The notes under the pieces: model-generated | Database searches by the model: none | Told to the model about the DNA's origin: nothing | Seen by the model: the letters and a program-made list of their open reading frames with translations, nothing else | Assembly (NCBI GenBank): GCA_019844455.1 | Contig: GCA_019844455.1_3938.2 | Length of the DNA: 18,746 nucleotides | Direction: 5' to 3' (one strand) | From: a phage | Made by a program: the position numbers and the translations under genes | Shown here: in pieces, positions 7,780 to 15,121 of the stretch | Numbering within the stretch: position 1 is the stretch's first letter | Layout of the letters: each line of letters starts with the position of its first letter

Positions 7780-7981
7780 AAAGACACGGAAACTCATCCG
7801 GTCAGCAGTATTCATTGGAAGAAATGAAGTCATCCCGTTTACAGCAAACGATGTGATAGCCTACAGGAAAAACTTAGTGTTTAGTGATTGCTTGCGTGGC
7901 TTCATCTCCCAACCGTTGGAAGACTTTAAAAGCCGTTGTGGTAAAGGTATCATCATTCAAGAGGCAATTATCAATGGCTGA
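7754..7981 (+). CDS. hypothetical protein (75 aa)
   Basis: RBS gagaagg upstream of ATG 7754; overlaps its neighbours in the style of a coupled operon. Confidence 0.45.
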   Translation: MRVILARDKKTRKLIRSAVFIGRNEVIPFTANDVIAYRKNLVFSDCLRGFISQPLEDFKSRCGKGIIIQEAIING

Positions 7982-8174
7982 CTTCTGCAAAGACTGTTCT
8001 ATCGAAATGTTCGGACGTGATACAGGTGACTTAAAAGGTCTTATCACTGAAGATGACTTTAAAGCTGGTTATGCAATGCCAGTAATCTGTGAAGGTTGTG
8101 GGTGCATCTGGGTAGACCACGAAGGACAACGTGTAAAACCTTCAGAAGACAAAGAATCTTGGGAGAGATGTTAA
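7974..8174 (+). CDS. small Cys-rich putative zinc-binding protein (about 66 aa)
   Basis: The track gives 7884. The in-frame ATG at 7974 follows RBS aagagg (7958-7963). Product MADFCKDCSIEMF...VICEGCGCIW carries CxxC and CxxCxC motifs. Confidence 0.45.
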   Translation: MADFCKDCSIEMFGRDTGDLKGLITEDDFKAGYAMPVICEGCGCIWVDHEGQRVKPSEDKESWERC

Positions 8175-8960
8175 ATGGGTATTGTAAAAATAATTAATGG
8201 TGATATCTTTGCCGCATTTGATAAAGGTAAGTTTGACATCATCGGTCACGGTTGCAACTGTATGAATTTAATGGGTGCAGGTATCGCTGACAAGATTTCT
8301 AAACTTTACCCAAAAGCATATGAGACCGATACAGAAGTTTATCTGTATGCAGGTGGTATAGGACACAAACCCTGTGAAAATTTACTGGGTAATTTCTCTG
8401 TAGCACGTTTAAAACAAGGTCGTATAGCTAACCTTTACACTCAGCTTAAGACTGGTAAAGATGCCCGATACAGTGCTTTAGAGTCATCTTTGAAACAGCT
8501 TAACAGATACTGTGAAGTTAATCAGTTGAAGAAGGTTGGTTTACCTATGATTGGTGCAGGTATCGGTGGACTTGAACCTCAAGCCGTCACAGTTATCATT
8601 AATCAGGTGATGAAGAGTGTAGATGTTTATCTGTATGTCTACGAAGGAGAGATGTACCACAAGTTACGCTCAGGTTGGAATAACTACTGTGAACCAGAAT
8701 ACTTTGCAGGTGTAGTAACGTTCAAAGATGATACAGTTACCCTCTTCAGACGAAGAAAAGGTAAGATACATCAAAGTAACCCTCCGGTTGAGAAGATGTC
8801 TCTAAGTAACGCTCTAGTTACCCACCTGTCGAAGAGCAATCACAGGATAGCCGTAACATTTGGCAGTGATGCAGATACATATATTTATGCAAGAACTGAT
8901 GAGGATATCGAGACGGTCTTCTCTTCACCAGAAGTTACCTTCTTAGACGCAAAGAACTAA
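8175..8960 (+). CDS. macro-domain (ADP-ribose binding/processing) protein with a C-terminal extension of about 100 aa
   Basis: IINGDIF...DIIGHGCNCMNLMGAGIADKI parallels the macrodomain core (recalled from YmdB as VQGDIT...VNAANpSLmGGGGVDGAIH). Later LPMIGAGIGG parallels FPAISTGVYG, and YLYVYE parallels YFVCYD. RBS gggagag upstream. Confidence 0.65.
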   Translation: MGIVKIINGDIFAAFDKGKFDIIGHGCNCMNLMGAGIADKISKLYPKAYETDTEVYLYAGGIGHKPCENLLGNFSVARLKQGRIANLYTQLKTGKDARYSALESSLKQLNRYCEVNQLKKVGLPMIGAGIGGLEPQAVTVIINQVMKSVDVYLYVYEGEMYHKLRSGWNNYCEPEYFAGVVTFKDDTVTLFRRRKGKIHQSNPPVEKMSLSNALVTHLSKSNHRIAVTFGSDADTYIYARTDEDIETVFSSPEVTFLDAKN

Positions 8961-8990
8961 GAAACTTTGTATAATATTCACAATAGACTA

Positions 8991-9034
8991 AGCCTTCCTT
9001 ATCTGGTAAATTTTTCAGGTAAGGAGGGCTTTTT
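8991..9034 (+). terminator. possible terminator (long-loop hairpin plus T-run)
   Basis: agccttcctta (8991-9001) pairs with taaggagggct (9020-9030) with one mismatch and an 18-nt loop, then ttttt. Weaker than the other terminators. Confidence 0.3.
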
Positions 9035-9213
9035 CATTTCAGGATTGTGCAGGTAGAGTTCTGTAGAGAAATCTGTAGAGAGAATTTTGAACTCCAAAGA
9101 GAAAATTCATTTTCAAACTGTGCAGGTAATCTCCAAAGAGCTTTTTCATTTTCAAAACGTGCAGACCCCGCTCAGGTCGGGCAAGAAAAATCATTTTAGA
9201 ATCGTGCAGGTAG
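9035..9213. repeat. four iteron-like direct repeats (about 21 bp, core GTGCAG)
   Basis: catttcaggattgtgcaggta (9035-9055), cattttcaaactgtgcaggta (9108-9128), cattttcaaaacgtgcaga (9147-9165), cattttagaatcgtgcaggtagg (9192-9213). Non-coding leader between a terminator and a strong promoter. Confidence 0.5.
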
Positions 9214-9236
9214 GTTTTTATAGAGAGCCAGACCAA

Positions 9237-9267
9237 CCCCTCTCCCCCTCTTACTCCACCTCTCCCC
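9237..9267. repeat. polypyrimidine (CT-rich) tract
   Basis: cccctctccccctcttactccacctctcccc is 31 nt with only two purines on the plus strand. Confidence 0.5.
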
Positions 9268-9366
9268 AAAAGTCAAGAGAAAAATTTGTAGCTGGTTGAA
9301 AAATAATTCTTGATTTGTGTTCTGTTTTGTGGTAGTCGTGCGCGCCCGTTCATTTCCCAACCTTAC

Positions 9367-9417
9367 AAAAAATATTTAATAAAAACCGTTGACACGCCAA
9401 ACAAGTTTACGTACTAT
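9367..9417 (+). promoter_or_regulatory. strong sigma70-type early promoter with an A/T-rich UP-like element; heads the small-gene array
   Basis: A/T block aaaaaatatttaataaaaa (9367-9385), TTGACA 9389-9394, 17-nt spacer, TACTAT 9412-9417. It is followed by a 5'-UTR hairpin gggc-aagcaa-gccc (9429-9442) and the shared RBS region (cctaaactggagaatcgaaaATG). Confidence 0.6.
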
Positions 9418-9466
9418 TTGCATCAGACGGGCAAGCAAGCCCACTTCCTAAACTGGAGAATCGAAA

Positions 9467-9673
9467 ATGCTTTATAGTCGTGAATTGATGGTTACAACTA
9501 ACGTTAACACAAAGGTAAAACGTTTTTACATGCAAGTATGTGGCGCATGGTCTAGAATATCAGAGGCTGACTATTGCAACTATGTAGAAACAGCTATAAA
9601 CTCTAATTGCTACCTTACAAGAAATACAAGAAAGTACATAAGACAGACAGCAGTTTATTACTACGATGCCTAA
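9467..9673 (+). CDS. hypothetical small protein (68 aa)
   Basis: First ORF after the strong promoter; preceded by the shared RBS region. No recognisable motif. Confidence 0.5.
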   Translation: MLYSRELMVTTNVNTKVKRFYMQVCGAWSRISEADYCNYVETAINSNCYLTRNTRKYIRQTAVYYYDA

Positions 9674-9681
9674 TAAAGTAC

Positions 9682-9764
9682 TTTACAAGGGGCTTAAAAG
9701 CTGATATCTTAAGCCCCAAATAAAGAGCTTTACCAAATCAACCCTTAAACTAGGAGATTCAAAA
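9682..9764 (+). promoter_or_regulatory. intergenic module type A, copy 1 (PeSL-like: -35, stem-loop, -10, shared RBS region)
   Basis: TTTACA 9682-9687; 9-bp perfect stem ggggcttaa/ttaagcccc (9689-9697 / 9709-9717); TATCTT 9705-9710 (17-nt spacer); then agataaagagctttacc...cttaaactaggagattcaaaaATG. No T-run after the hairpin. Confidence 0.5.
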
Positions 9765-10145
9765 ATGGCATATCGTGCACCTAAATTCATCAACAAAGAC
9801 AACTTTCGCAACGCACTGGAGAAGTCACTTGATGAGAATTTTAAAGGTAACGTTATTGTTGTTCACTCGTTTAATTTTAAGTATGATATCAATGGGAATA
9901 AAATTAACCATTACACGGCGACAATGCTAGATGGTACTCTTTCAAGTGAAAAAGCCATTTTACATGCACTTGCTGGACGTGGTAAAAACCTGATAAGATG
10001 CGATAAGAGACGTTATCAGGGTGGCGCATATGGTTACGATGATGCTGTTTATCATCTTGAAAATATGGGCTATCAAGTAGAAAAAGCTGGAGTGTCTCAA
10101 ATAATCGGTAGTGATGGTTATGTAACAATCTTCAAAATTAACTGA
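9765..10145 (+). CDS. hypothetical protein (126 aa)
   Basis: ORF preceded by the shared RBS region (GGAG 8 nt upstream). The 3' end (...aaaattaacTGA) runs into the next module. Confidence 0.55.
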   Translation: MAYRAPKFINKDNFRNALEKSLDENFKGNVIVVHSFNFKYDINGNKINHYTATMLDGTLSSEKAILHALAGRGKNLIRCDKRRYQGGAYGYDDAVYHLENMGYQVEKAGVSQIIGSDGYVTIFKIN

Positions 10146-10153
10146 TAAAGTAC

Positions 10154-10233
10154 TTTACAAGGGGCTTATAGTTCGATAAAGTAAGCCCCAGATAAAGAGC
10201 TTTACCACTAAATCCTAAATTGGAGATTCAAAA
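10154..10233 (+). promoter_or_regulatory. intergenic module type A, copy 2
   Basis: TTTACA 10154-10159; stem ggggctta/taagcccc (10161-10168 / 10182-10189) with 13-nt loop; then cagataaagagctttaccactaaatcctaaattggagattcaaaaATG. Confidence 0.5.
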
Positions 10234-10524
10234 ATGGCTACTATCAAAAACGTTGTAATTCCTGTAAAAACTCGTGATGACGCTCGCATCATGGCGAAAA
10301 AGTTAGGCGGGAAAGTGGTTGACAACGGAAAACAATCTGCTGTAAGATGGGGTGTGAAGGCTGATAAACAGTTGAAGTTAAAAAATTCACCAATAAATCT
10401 TTTTACATGTGTAAACACTATCGGAAAGACAAATGTATACACGAAAAAGGCATATATTAGACGCGTAGCCTTAACATCTCCAATTCGTACAATGAGAGGT
10501 TATGCAAAGCTGAAAATTAACTGA
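10234..10524 (+). CDS. hypothetical basic protein (96 aa, K/R-rich)
   Basis: ORF with the shared RBS region. Lys/Arg-rich throughout; its C-terminal codons (...aaaattaacTGA) match those of the 9765 gene. Confidence 0.55.
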   Translation: MATIKNVVIPVKTRDDARIMAKKLGGKVVDNGKQSAVRWGVKADKQLKLKNSPINLFTCVNTIGKTNVYTKKAYIRRVALTSPIRTMRGYAKLKIN

Positions 10525-10532
10525 TAAAGTAC

Positions 10533-10612
10533 TTTACAAGGGGCTTAAAAGTTGGTATCTTAAGCCCCAGATAAAGAGCTTTACCACTAAATCCTAAACT
10601 GGAGATTCAAAA
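10533..10612 (+). promoter_or_regulatory. intergenic module type A, copy 3
   Basis: TTTACA 10533-10538; stem ggggcttaa/ttaagcccc (10540-10548 / 10560-10568); TATCTT 10556-10561 (17-nt spacer). Near-identical over about 90 nt to the copy at 12196-12282. Confidence 0.5.
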
Positions 10613-11125
10613 ATGAAAACTGTAGACGCTACCTTTGAAGTTGTAAAAGAAAAATTCACCATTATCTATGAAGCTGTTAATTGCTTTGAAGCAAGCCATA
10701 ATCTTGATAATTGGGAATTTACAGATGACCATCAAGGCGGTGTGACTGTTAAAAATCCTAACTACCAGCATAATGAATTTAAATATGCAATCCCTTTACA
10801 TTACAGCCTTAAACAGCTTTCAAGTGACTATGCAAAACAAGGACGGGAAAATCCATCAAAAGAGGCTTACACAAGCTTACAGAAAGAACTAGAAAGAGAT
10901 TTAGAGGCTTCAGAGTATAACATTGCCGCGAAAGTTGTAGATGCAAATGGCAACACGGTTTTAGATAGTTTTTATATTGGTTACGCTTTCGACTGGTGCT
11001 ATAGTGACGGCGATGATTTAGAGGATAGGCTAAAAGAGGAAGTGAACAATTCAGACGCAGAATCTGAAGTATTAGAACGCTTGGAAGCATTAAAAGATTC
11101 AGTGATGAATATCTTTAAGGACTAA
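10613..11125 (+). CDS. hypothetical acidic protein (170 aa)
   Basis: ORF with the shared RBS region. Strongly Asp/Glu-rich, especially toward the C-terminus. Confidence 0.55.
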   Translation: MKTVDATFEVVKEKFTIIYEAVNCFEASHNLDNWEFTDDHQGGVTVKNPNYQHNEFKYAIPLHYSLKQLSSDYAKQGRENPSKEAYTSLQKELERDLEASEYNIAAKVVDANGNTVLDSFYIGYAFDWCYSDGDDLEDRLKEEVNNSDAESEVLERLEALKDSVMNIFKD

Positions 11126-11134
11126 ATAGATTTC

Positions 11135-11212
11135 TTTACACGGGGCTATCAAGCTGATAAGATAGCCCCAGATAAAGAGATTTATCAACTATCCTAAACT
11201 GGAGATTCAAAA
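11135..11212 (+). promoter_or_regulatory. intergenic module type A, copy 4 (variant stem)
   Basis: TTTACA 11135-11140; stem ggggctatc/gatagcccc (11142-11150 / 11161-11169); then cagataaagagatttatcaactatcctaaactggagattcaaaaATG. Confidence 0.5.
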
Positions 11213-11509
11213 ATGAAATTATCAAATAAAGTCCGTGAAAATCTAAGCAAGTTACTCAACAAAATTGATTTTATCGAGACATCAAGGAATAGTCATGATG
11301 TTATGGAATGGTTACACGGAAAAATCAAAGGCCGTCGTGTAGTGATTTGCTTATGGAATAGTTGCAGGGAATATAAAAAACCTGTATTACAAGTCAATAT
11401 CTATGATGATACTTTTAAAAGCCCTGTAAAGTCTAAAAGTGATTTATTAGAATCCTATGAGATAACTGTAAATGGCAAAGTATCAAGTAAAGAGGAAACA
11501 CCATGTTAA
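11213..11509 (+). CDS. hypothetical protein (98 aa)
   Basis: ORF with the shared RBS region. No recognisable motif. Confidence 0.5.
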   Translation: MKLSNKVRENLSKLLNKIDFIETSRNSHDVMEWLHGKIKGRRVVICLWNSCREYKKPVLQVNIYDDTFKSPVKSKSDLLESYEITVNGKVSSKEETPC

Positions 11510-11835
11510 TGACTGGTATCACTTCAATCATTGCCATTTTCGCGCTATATAAGGCATATAAAGCCTATAATCTAGCAAATAAGGCAATCACACAGCAGGT
11601 TAGCAATAGCCTTGTAAAAAGCTTTCTAGGGCGTCTCAGTGATGAGCAAATAAAGCGGTTAGAAATGAGCTTCAGATTCAAAGCGAAAACCTATCAGATA
11701 AGTGACATCTTCAAGGATGATTTCCAGTTAGTCGATGATTATAATTCTCTGATAAATGCTTTAAATATCAGTGACTTAAAAGACTACTACGCTGTAATTG
11801 TTCAAGAGTTGAGCAAACGAAAACAAAACTGTTGA
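11503..11835 (+). CDS. hypothetical protein with N-terminal hydrophobic segment (110 aa)
   Basis: ATG overlaps the upstream stop (ATGTTAATG); RBS agagga upstream. N-terminus GITSIIAIFALY is hydrophobic. The stop TGA (11833-11835) sits inside the TTGACA of the next module. Confidence 0.5.
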   Translation: MLMTGITSIIAIFALYKAYKAYNLANKAITQQVSNSLVKSFLGRLSDEQIKRLEMSFRFKAKTYQISDIFKDDFQLVDDYNSLINALNISDLKDYYAVIVQELSKRKQNC

Positions 11836-11924
11836 CACTGATTTTTAGATAGATTAAATTACACATCAACGGGGAGGGAACAACCTTCCCACTAAATAAA
11901 GTCCTTAAACTAGGAGATTCTAAA
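11832..11924 (+). promoter_or_regulatory. intergenic module type B, copy 1 (sigma70-like promoter, 5'-UTR hairpin, shared RBS region)
   Basis: TTGACA 11832-11837, 17-nt spacer, TAAATT 11855-11860, hairpin gggaa-caacc-ttccc (11876-11890), then actaaataaagtccttaaactaggagattctaaaATG. Confidence 0.55.
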
Positions 11925-12197
11925 ATGTATACTACTAACAATGGCCTCACTTTGAACGTCACACTACGTCACTATGTAGATGGTGTCATGCACTTTGAAG
12001 ATTTACAAGCTGAACAACATATCTTAGATTGGCAAGTCGCAGGACTCCAAAAAACTGCTACGGGATACGGTAAAAAGATTCCAACTAGTTGGAAAGTTCA
12101 CTATGAAGGACGTTTGCGCAGAATTTATCAAGATGTGCAAAGCAATAGCGCATCGAGTTACATTATAGTAAAAGGTGAAAAACTGCATTTAGTATAA
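11925..12197 (+). CDS. hypothetical protein (90 aa)
   Basis: ORF with the shared RBS region. No recognisable motif. Confidence 0.5.
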   Translation: MYTTNNGLTLNVTLRHYVDGVMHFEDLQAEQHILDWQVAGLQKTATGYGKKIPTSWKVHYEGRLRRIYQDVQSNSASSYIIVKGEKLHLV

Positions 12198-12202
12198 AGT
12201 AC

Positions 12203-12282
12203 TTTACAAGGGGCTTAAAAGTTGGTATCTTAAGCCCCAGATAAAGAGCTTTACCCCTAAATCCTAAATTGGAGATTCAAAA
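12203..12282 (+). promoter_or_regulatory. intergenic module type A, copy 5
   Basis: Near-identical to copy 3 (two substitutions that I counted over about 90 nt): taaagtactttacaaggggcttaaaagttggtatcttaagccccagataaagagctttacccctaaatcctaaattggagattcaaaaATG. Confidence 0.5.
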
Positions 12283-12687
12283 ATGGCTATTAATAATCGT
12301 GAGTTATCAATCTTAAAAGCACGTTTAACCGTTAATCGAATCAATGTTATCACGTCATCAGCACCAGACGAGACATTACACAACATTATCGGGAAGATTC
12401 AAGGTGTTATCTTAGACGTTGAGAATGTAAAAAACTCATTAGCAGACGTTGCAGCAGGTGTTACACTAGACGGCGCACAATATGAAATGATTGACATGTT
12501 AGGCAAATCAAAGGTTATGAATAAAGAGTTAGACTTAAAAATGTTTCGATTTGCCGTGAAAGTATGGCTATCTGTCGAGTATGATGCTAATTTTGCAATT
12601 GCTGATTTCTTTGCCACTTGGTTGCAACGTAACTTAACAAATCATGATTTTCGTGATATCTGTGATGCAATTTACGCAGAACTTTAA
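12283..12687 (+). CDS. hypothetical protein (134 aa)
   Basis: ORF with the shared RBS region. No recognisable motif. Confidence 0.55.
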   Translation: MAINNRELSILKARLTVNRINVITSSAPDETLHNIIGKIQGVILDVENVKNSLADVAAGVTLDGAQYEMIDMLGKSKVMNKELDLKMFRFAVKVWLSVEYDANFAIADFFATWLQRNLTNHDFRDICDAIYAEL

Positions 12688-12695
12688 AAATTTTA

Positions 12696-12787
12696 TTGAC
12701 ACTGATTTTTAGATAGACTAAATTACACATCAACGGGGAGGGAACAACCTTCCCACTAAATAAAGTCCTTAAACTAGGAGATTCAAA
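12696..12787 (+). promoter_or_regulatory. intergenic module type B, copy 2
   Basis: TTGACA 12696-12701, 17-nt spacer, TAAATT; differs from copy 1 by about two substitutions over about 90 nt. Confidence 0.55.
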
Positions 12788-13330
12788 ATGAAATGCTTTC
12801 ACGGTACTACTCAAGAAAACTTTATCAACCTGATTAATAACGGTGATAAACCATCAGGTGTATGGAATTGTTCGGATATGGACGGCAATTTTTACGTGTA
12901 CCCAGAAAATAAACTCTATGGTGATGATGAGGAAGAGATAGCATCGGAAGGTATCCAGCAAGCTCTAGGAAATGCCACTATCACGGCAGCTTTTCAGATG
13001 AAAACTCAAAATATTGTTATCTTAGAACTTGACATTCCAGAGGATGAGCTAAATGATGATTATTCTTGTGATAACATGTCAAATATAGCAAGCTTTACAG
13101 AGTACTTTGATGTAAATTGGATTAAAAAGGTCTATACAACAGAGTTCAACGCTATGTATTCACCTTTTTGTCTCCCTTCACTGGATAACCCAAATTTAAA
13201 TTATCTTGATGAAACATTGGAGCTACTTGCTAAAAGTATCCAACAATCCGACAGTATTCAGGTTTTTTGTGACATCATGGATACACTGACAGAAAACATT
13301 GTAGAGAGTGATTTAAAGGTCTTTTTCTAA
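12788..13330 (+). CDS. hypothetical strongly acidic protein (180 aa)
   Basis: ORF with the shared RBS region. Very Asp/Glu-rich with few Lys/Arg. Confidence 0.55.
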   Translation: MKCFHGTTQENFINLINNGDKPSGVWNCSDMDGNFYVYPENKLYGDDEEEIASEGIQQALGNATITAAFQMKTQNIVILELDIPEDELNDDYSCDNMSNIASFTEYFDVNWIKKVYTTEFNAMYSPFCLPSLDNPNLNYLDETLELLAKSIQQSDSIQVFCDIMDTLTENIVESDLKVFF

Positions 13331-13363
13331 AAACCTATACATTCACCTTATAAACACTGATTA

Positions 13364-13382
13364 ACCCCTTACAGGGGCTTTT
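13364..13382 (+). terminator. possible small terminator hairpin
   Basis: cccct-tac-agggg followed by cttttt; the loop is short, so weak. Followed by RBS gaggg and ATG 13397. Confidence 0.35.
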
Positions 13383-13396
13383 AGAGGGCTTAAATC

Positions 13397-13630
13397 ATGC
13401 TTACAACCATTTATCTCATCCTTTCTATCTGTAACGGTCATTCATGTGACTTTAAAGGGCTTGAAGAGTTTACAGGAAGTAAAGAAAATGCTATTCAGGT
13501 TTGCCAGATAGCAAGACAAGACTATCCCGCCAGTGACGACATTCAATGCTACTTTAAGACAGAAGATGAAGACGGCATCTATTTTGACAGCGTTGACGGT
13601 CAATATGAAATTATCATTGAAAAAGACTAG
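13397..13630 (+). CDS. hypothetical small acidic protein with hydrophobic N-terminus (77 aa)
   Basis: RBS gaggg upstream; does not use the shared RBS region. N-terminus MLTTIYLILSICNGHS is hydrophobic and may be a signal peptide. Confidence 0.5.
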   Translation: MLTTIYLILSICNGHSCDFKGLEEFTGSKENAIQVCQIARQDYPASDDIQCYFKTEDEDGIYFDSVDGQYEIIIEKD

Positions 13631-13721
13631 ACAAGCCTGATAAAAGTCTGTAAATTACACATCAACGGGGAGGGAATGACCTTCCCCACTAAATAAAGTC
13701 CTTAAACTAGGAGATTCAAAA
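13628..13721 (+). promoter_or_regulatory. intergenic module type B, copy 3 (degenerate -35)
   Basis: TAGACA 13628-13633 (overlaps stop TAG of the upstream gene), 17-nt spacer, TAAATT 13651-13656, hairpin gggaa-tgacc-ttccc, shared RBS region. Confidence 0.45.
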
Positions 13722-14063
13722 ATGGCTTATGTAACCGTAATTACCGATAAAGCTGGCTCATCTTGGTCAACTCAGGTTAGTGATAAGATGTCGCCTATGC
13801 AGTGCCTAAAATACTTTGAGCAGTGGAACAAAGGCGAGGATGTAAGCCCCTTTCAAGTGATGCAAATCATCCATACAGATAACGAAGGGAATAAAACGAC
13901 CTTGAACAGTGAATACTACGCAAGCCGTTTTGAAACGAGAAGTAAAACAATGAAGCTTTTACGTGAATCCGGCTATTCTCATATTGCCGCGCTAATCTGG
14001 GATGACCTGCTAAAAAGCCAGCGTATCAGCTATGTAAAACCTGAAAAAATATTCATCAGTTAA
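13722..14063 (+). CDS. hypothetical protein (113 aa)
   Basis: ORF with the shared RBS region. No recognisable motif. Confidence 0.55.
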   Translation: MAYVTVITDKAGSSWSTQVSDKMSPMQCLKYFEQWNKGEDVSPFQVMQIIHTDNEGNKTTLNSEYYASRFETRSKTMKLLRESGYSHIAALIWDDLLKSQRISYVKPEKIFIS

Positions 14064-14078
14064 TCAATAACTTACAAA

Positions 14079-14124
14079 AAACTTTTAAAAAAGTGTTGAC
14101 AATACCCCTTGACATTGGTAACTT
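14079..14124 (+). promoter_or_regulatory. possible promoter region (A/T-rich block plus two TTGACA hexamers)
   Basis: aaaaaacttttaaaaaag, then TTGACA at 14096-14101 and again at 14109-14114; no convincing -10. A 5' UTR of about 140 nt follows, containing ctttatag twice. Confidence 0.3.
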
Positions 14125-14263
14125 TGTTCGAGGGGGTTTATCTAAAAGGGATTCACTTAAAAGATTCTTTATAGATAAGCTTAAAAAATTGCTTGCAATC
14201 ATCTTCCAAAAACTTTATAGTTTATCTCAAGCAATAATGCTTTCCTAAACTGGAGATTCAAAA

Positions 14264-14794
14264 ATGAACAAGTTCAAAGCTATCAACTACATTCGCTCAA
14301 ATAGTGTCATGTCTAAGCCTGTTAAGGATACCTACGAATTTCGTTGCAATGGTGAACACTTTGCTACCATCACCAAATCAAACAACGGGGCTTATTATAT
14401 CCATCGTCGTAATGTTTCTACGGTTGTAGTTTCTAACTTTATGCAAGCTGTAGCGGAACTCCTCCCGCTCTTCTTAGAAAAGTATGCCGTACAGTGTGAA
14501 AGTGTTCGTGAATGCACTAAAACAGTGTTAAACGGTTATCGTATGGCTTACGAGCGCTCTTTAAAGAATCTCAATAAATACTACAAAGCACCGGAAGGCA
14601 CTTCATCCACAGCCTACGGGGTAGGGGGCTTCAATGTCAGCCTTTACGAAGTGGAAGAAATCGAGCTTTATGACCATCGCCCAAATGGTTACGCTAAGAC
14701 ACTGGGAGAGGGGTTAATGCTGAATATCAAGAACTTAGAAAAAACTTTAAGAGAAATTGAAAAAGATATTGACGAGACAATCAAAAATCTGTAA
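14264..14794 (+). CDS. hypothetical protein (176 aa)
   Basis: ORF with the shared RBS region. No recognisable motif. Confidence 0.55.
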   Translation: MNKFKAINYIRSNSVMSKPVKDTYEFRCNGEHFATITKSNNGAYYIHRRNVSTVVVSNFMQAVAELLPLFLEKYAVQCESVRECTKTVLNGYRMAYERSLKNLNKYYKAPEGTSSTAYGVGGFNVSLYEVEEIELYDHRPNGYAKTLGEGLMLNIKNLEKTLREIEKDIDETIKNL

Positions 14795-14857
14795 ATTGTC
14801 AATCAACGGGGGGGTAACCTGCCCCACTAAACAAAATCCTAAACTGGAGTTATCAAG
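14769..14857 (+). promoter_or_regulatory. intergenic module type B, copy 4 (promoter embedded in the upstream gene 3' end)
   Basis: TTGACG 14769-14774, 17-nt spacer, TAAATT 14792-14797 (overlaps stop TAA 14792-14794), G/C hairpin, variant RBS region ctaaactggagttatcaagATG. Confidence 0.45.
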
Positions 14858-15121
14858 ATGGAAAACGTAGAATTAACCACACTATTGCAGATTGCAACTG
14901 ACAAAGAAGACGTAGCGTTGTTTCACCGTATCGAAAGTGATTTGTTCAATGGTGAAATCATTAAAGAATCTTACGAAGTTGTCGGATTCAAAGATGGTAA
15001 AGCATTTGGCTTTTTTGACCTCGACAAAAGCAAAGCGGTTACAATGTACGATGTTCTATCTTGTGAAATTCTGACAAAATACAACGAAAAAAGGCTTGCA
15101 ACCTACGCCAATATGCAGTAA
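14858..15121 (+). CDS. hypothetical protein (87 aa)
   Basis: ORF with the variant RBS region (GGAG upstream). No recognisable motif. Confidence 0.5.
   Translation: MENVELTTLLQIATDKEDVALFHRIESDLFNGEIIKESYEVVGFKDGKAFGFFDLDKSKAVTMYDVLSCEILTKYNEKRLATYANMQ

Noticed and set aside
9039-9299. Track ORFs 9039-9269 (minus) and 9087-9299 (plus, TTG start) over the iteron region.
   Set aside because: Their sequences simply translate the DNA repeats (HFQTVQV, HFQNVQ, HFRIVQV) and the polypyrimidine tract; there is no ATG or RBS. The region is better read as regulatory DNA.
9689-9717. Type A stem-loops as simple intrinsic terminators between cassettes.
   Set aside because: Stems are strong, but none is followed by a T-run (the downstream sequence is aaataaagag or agataaagag), and each overlaps a -35/-10-like pair. 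A promoter-embedded stem-loop fits better, though partial termination is not excluded.
9904-12814. Minus-strand track ORFs inside the cassette array (9904-10128, 10215-10442, 10809-11090, 11768-11962, 12399-12617, 12587-12814), two of which share the peptide ESPSLRTLFSGKVVPSPLMCNL.
   Set aside because: The shared peptide is the translation of the repeated type B module on the opposite strand, not a conserved protein. All are antisense to stronger plus-strand genes with the shared RBS region.
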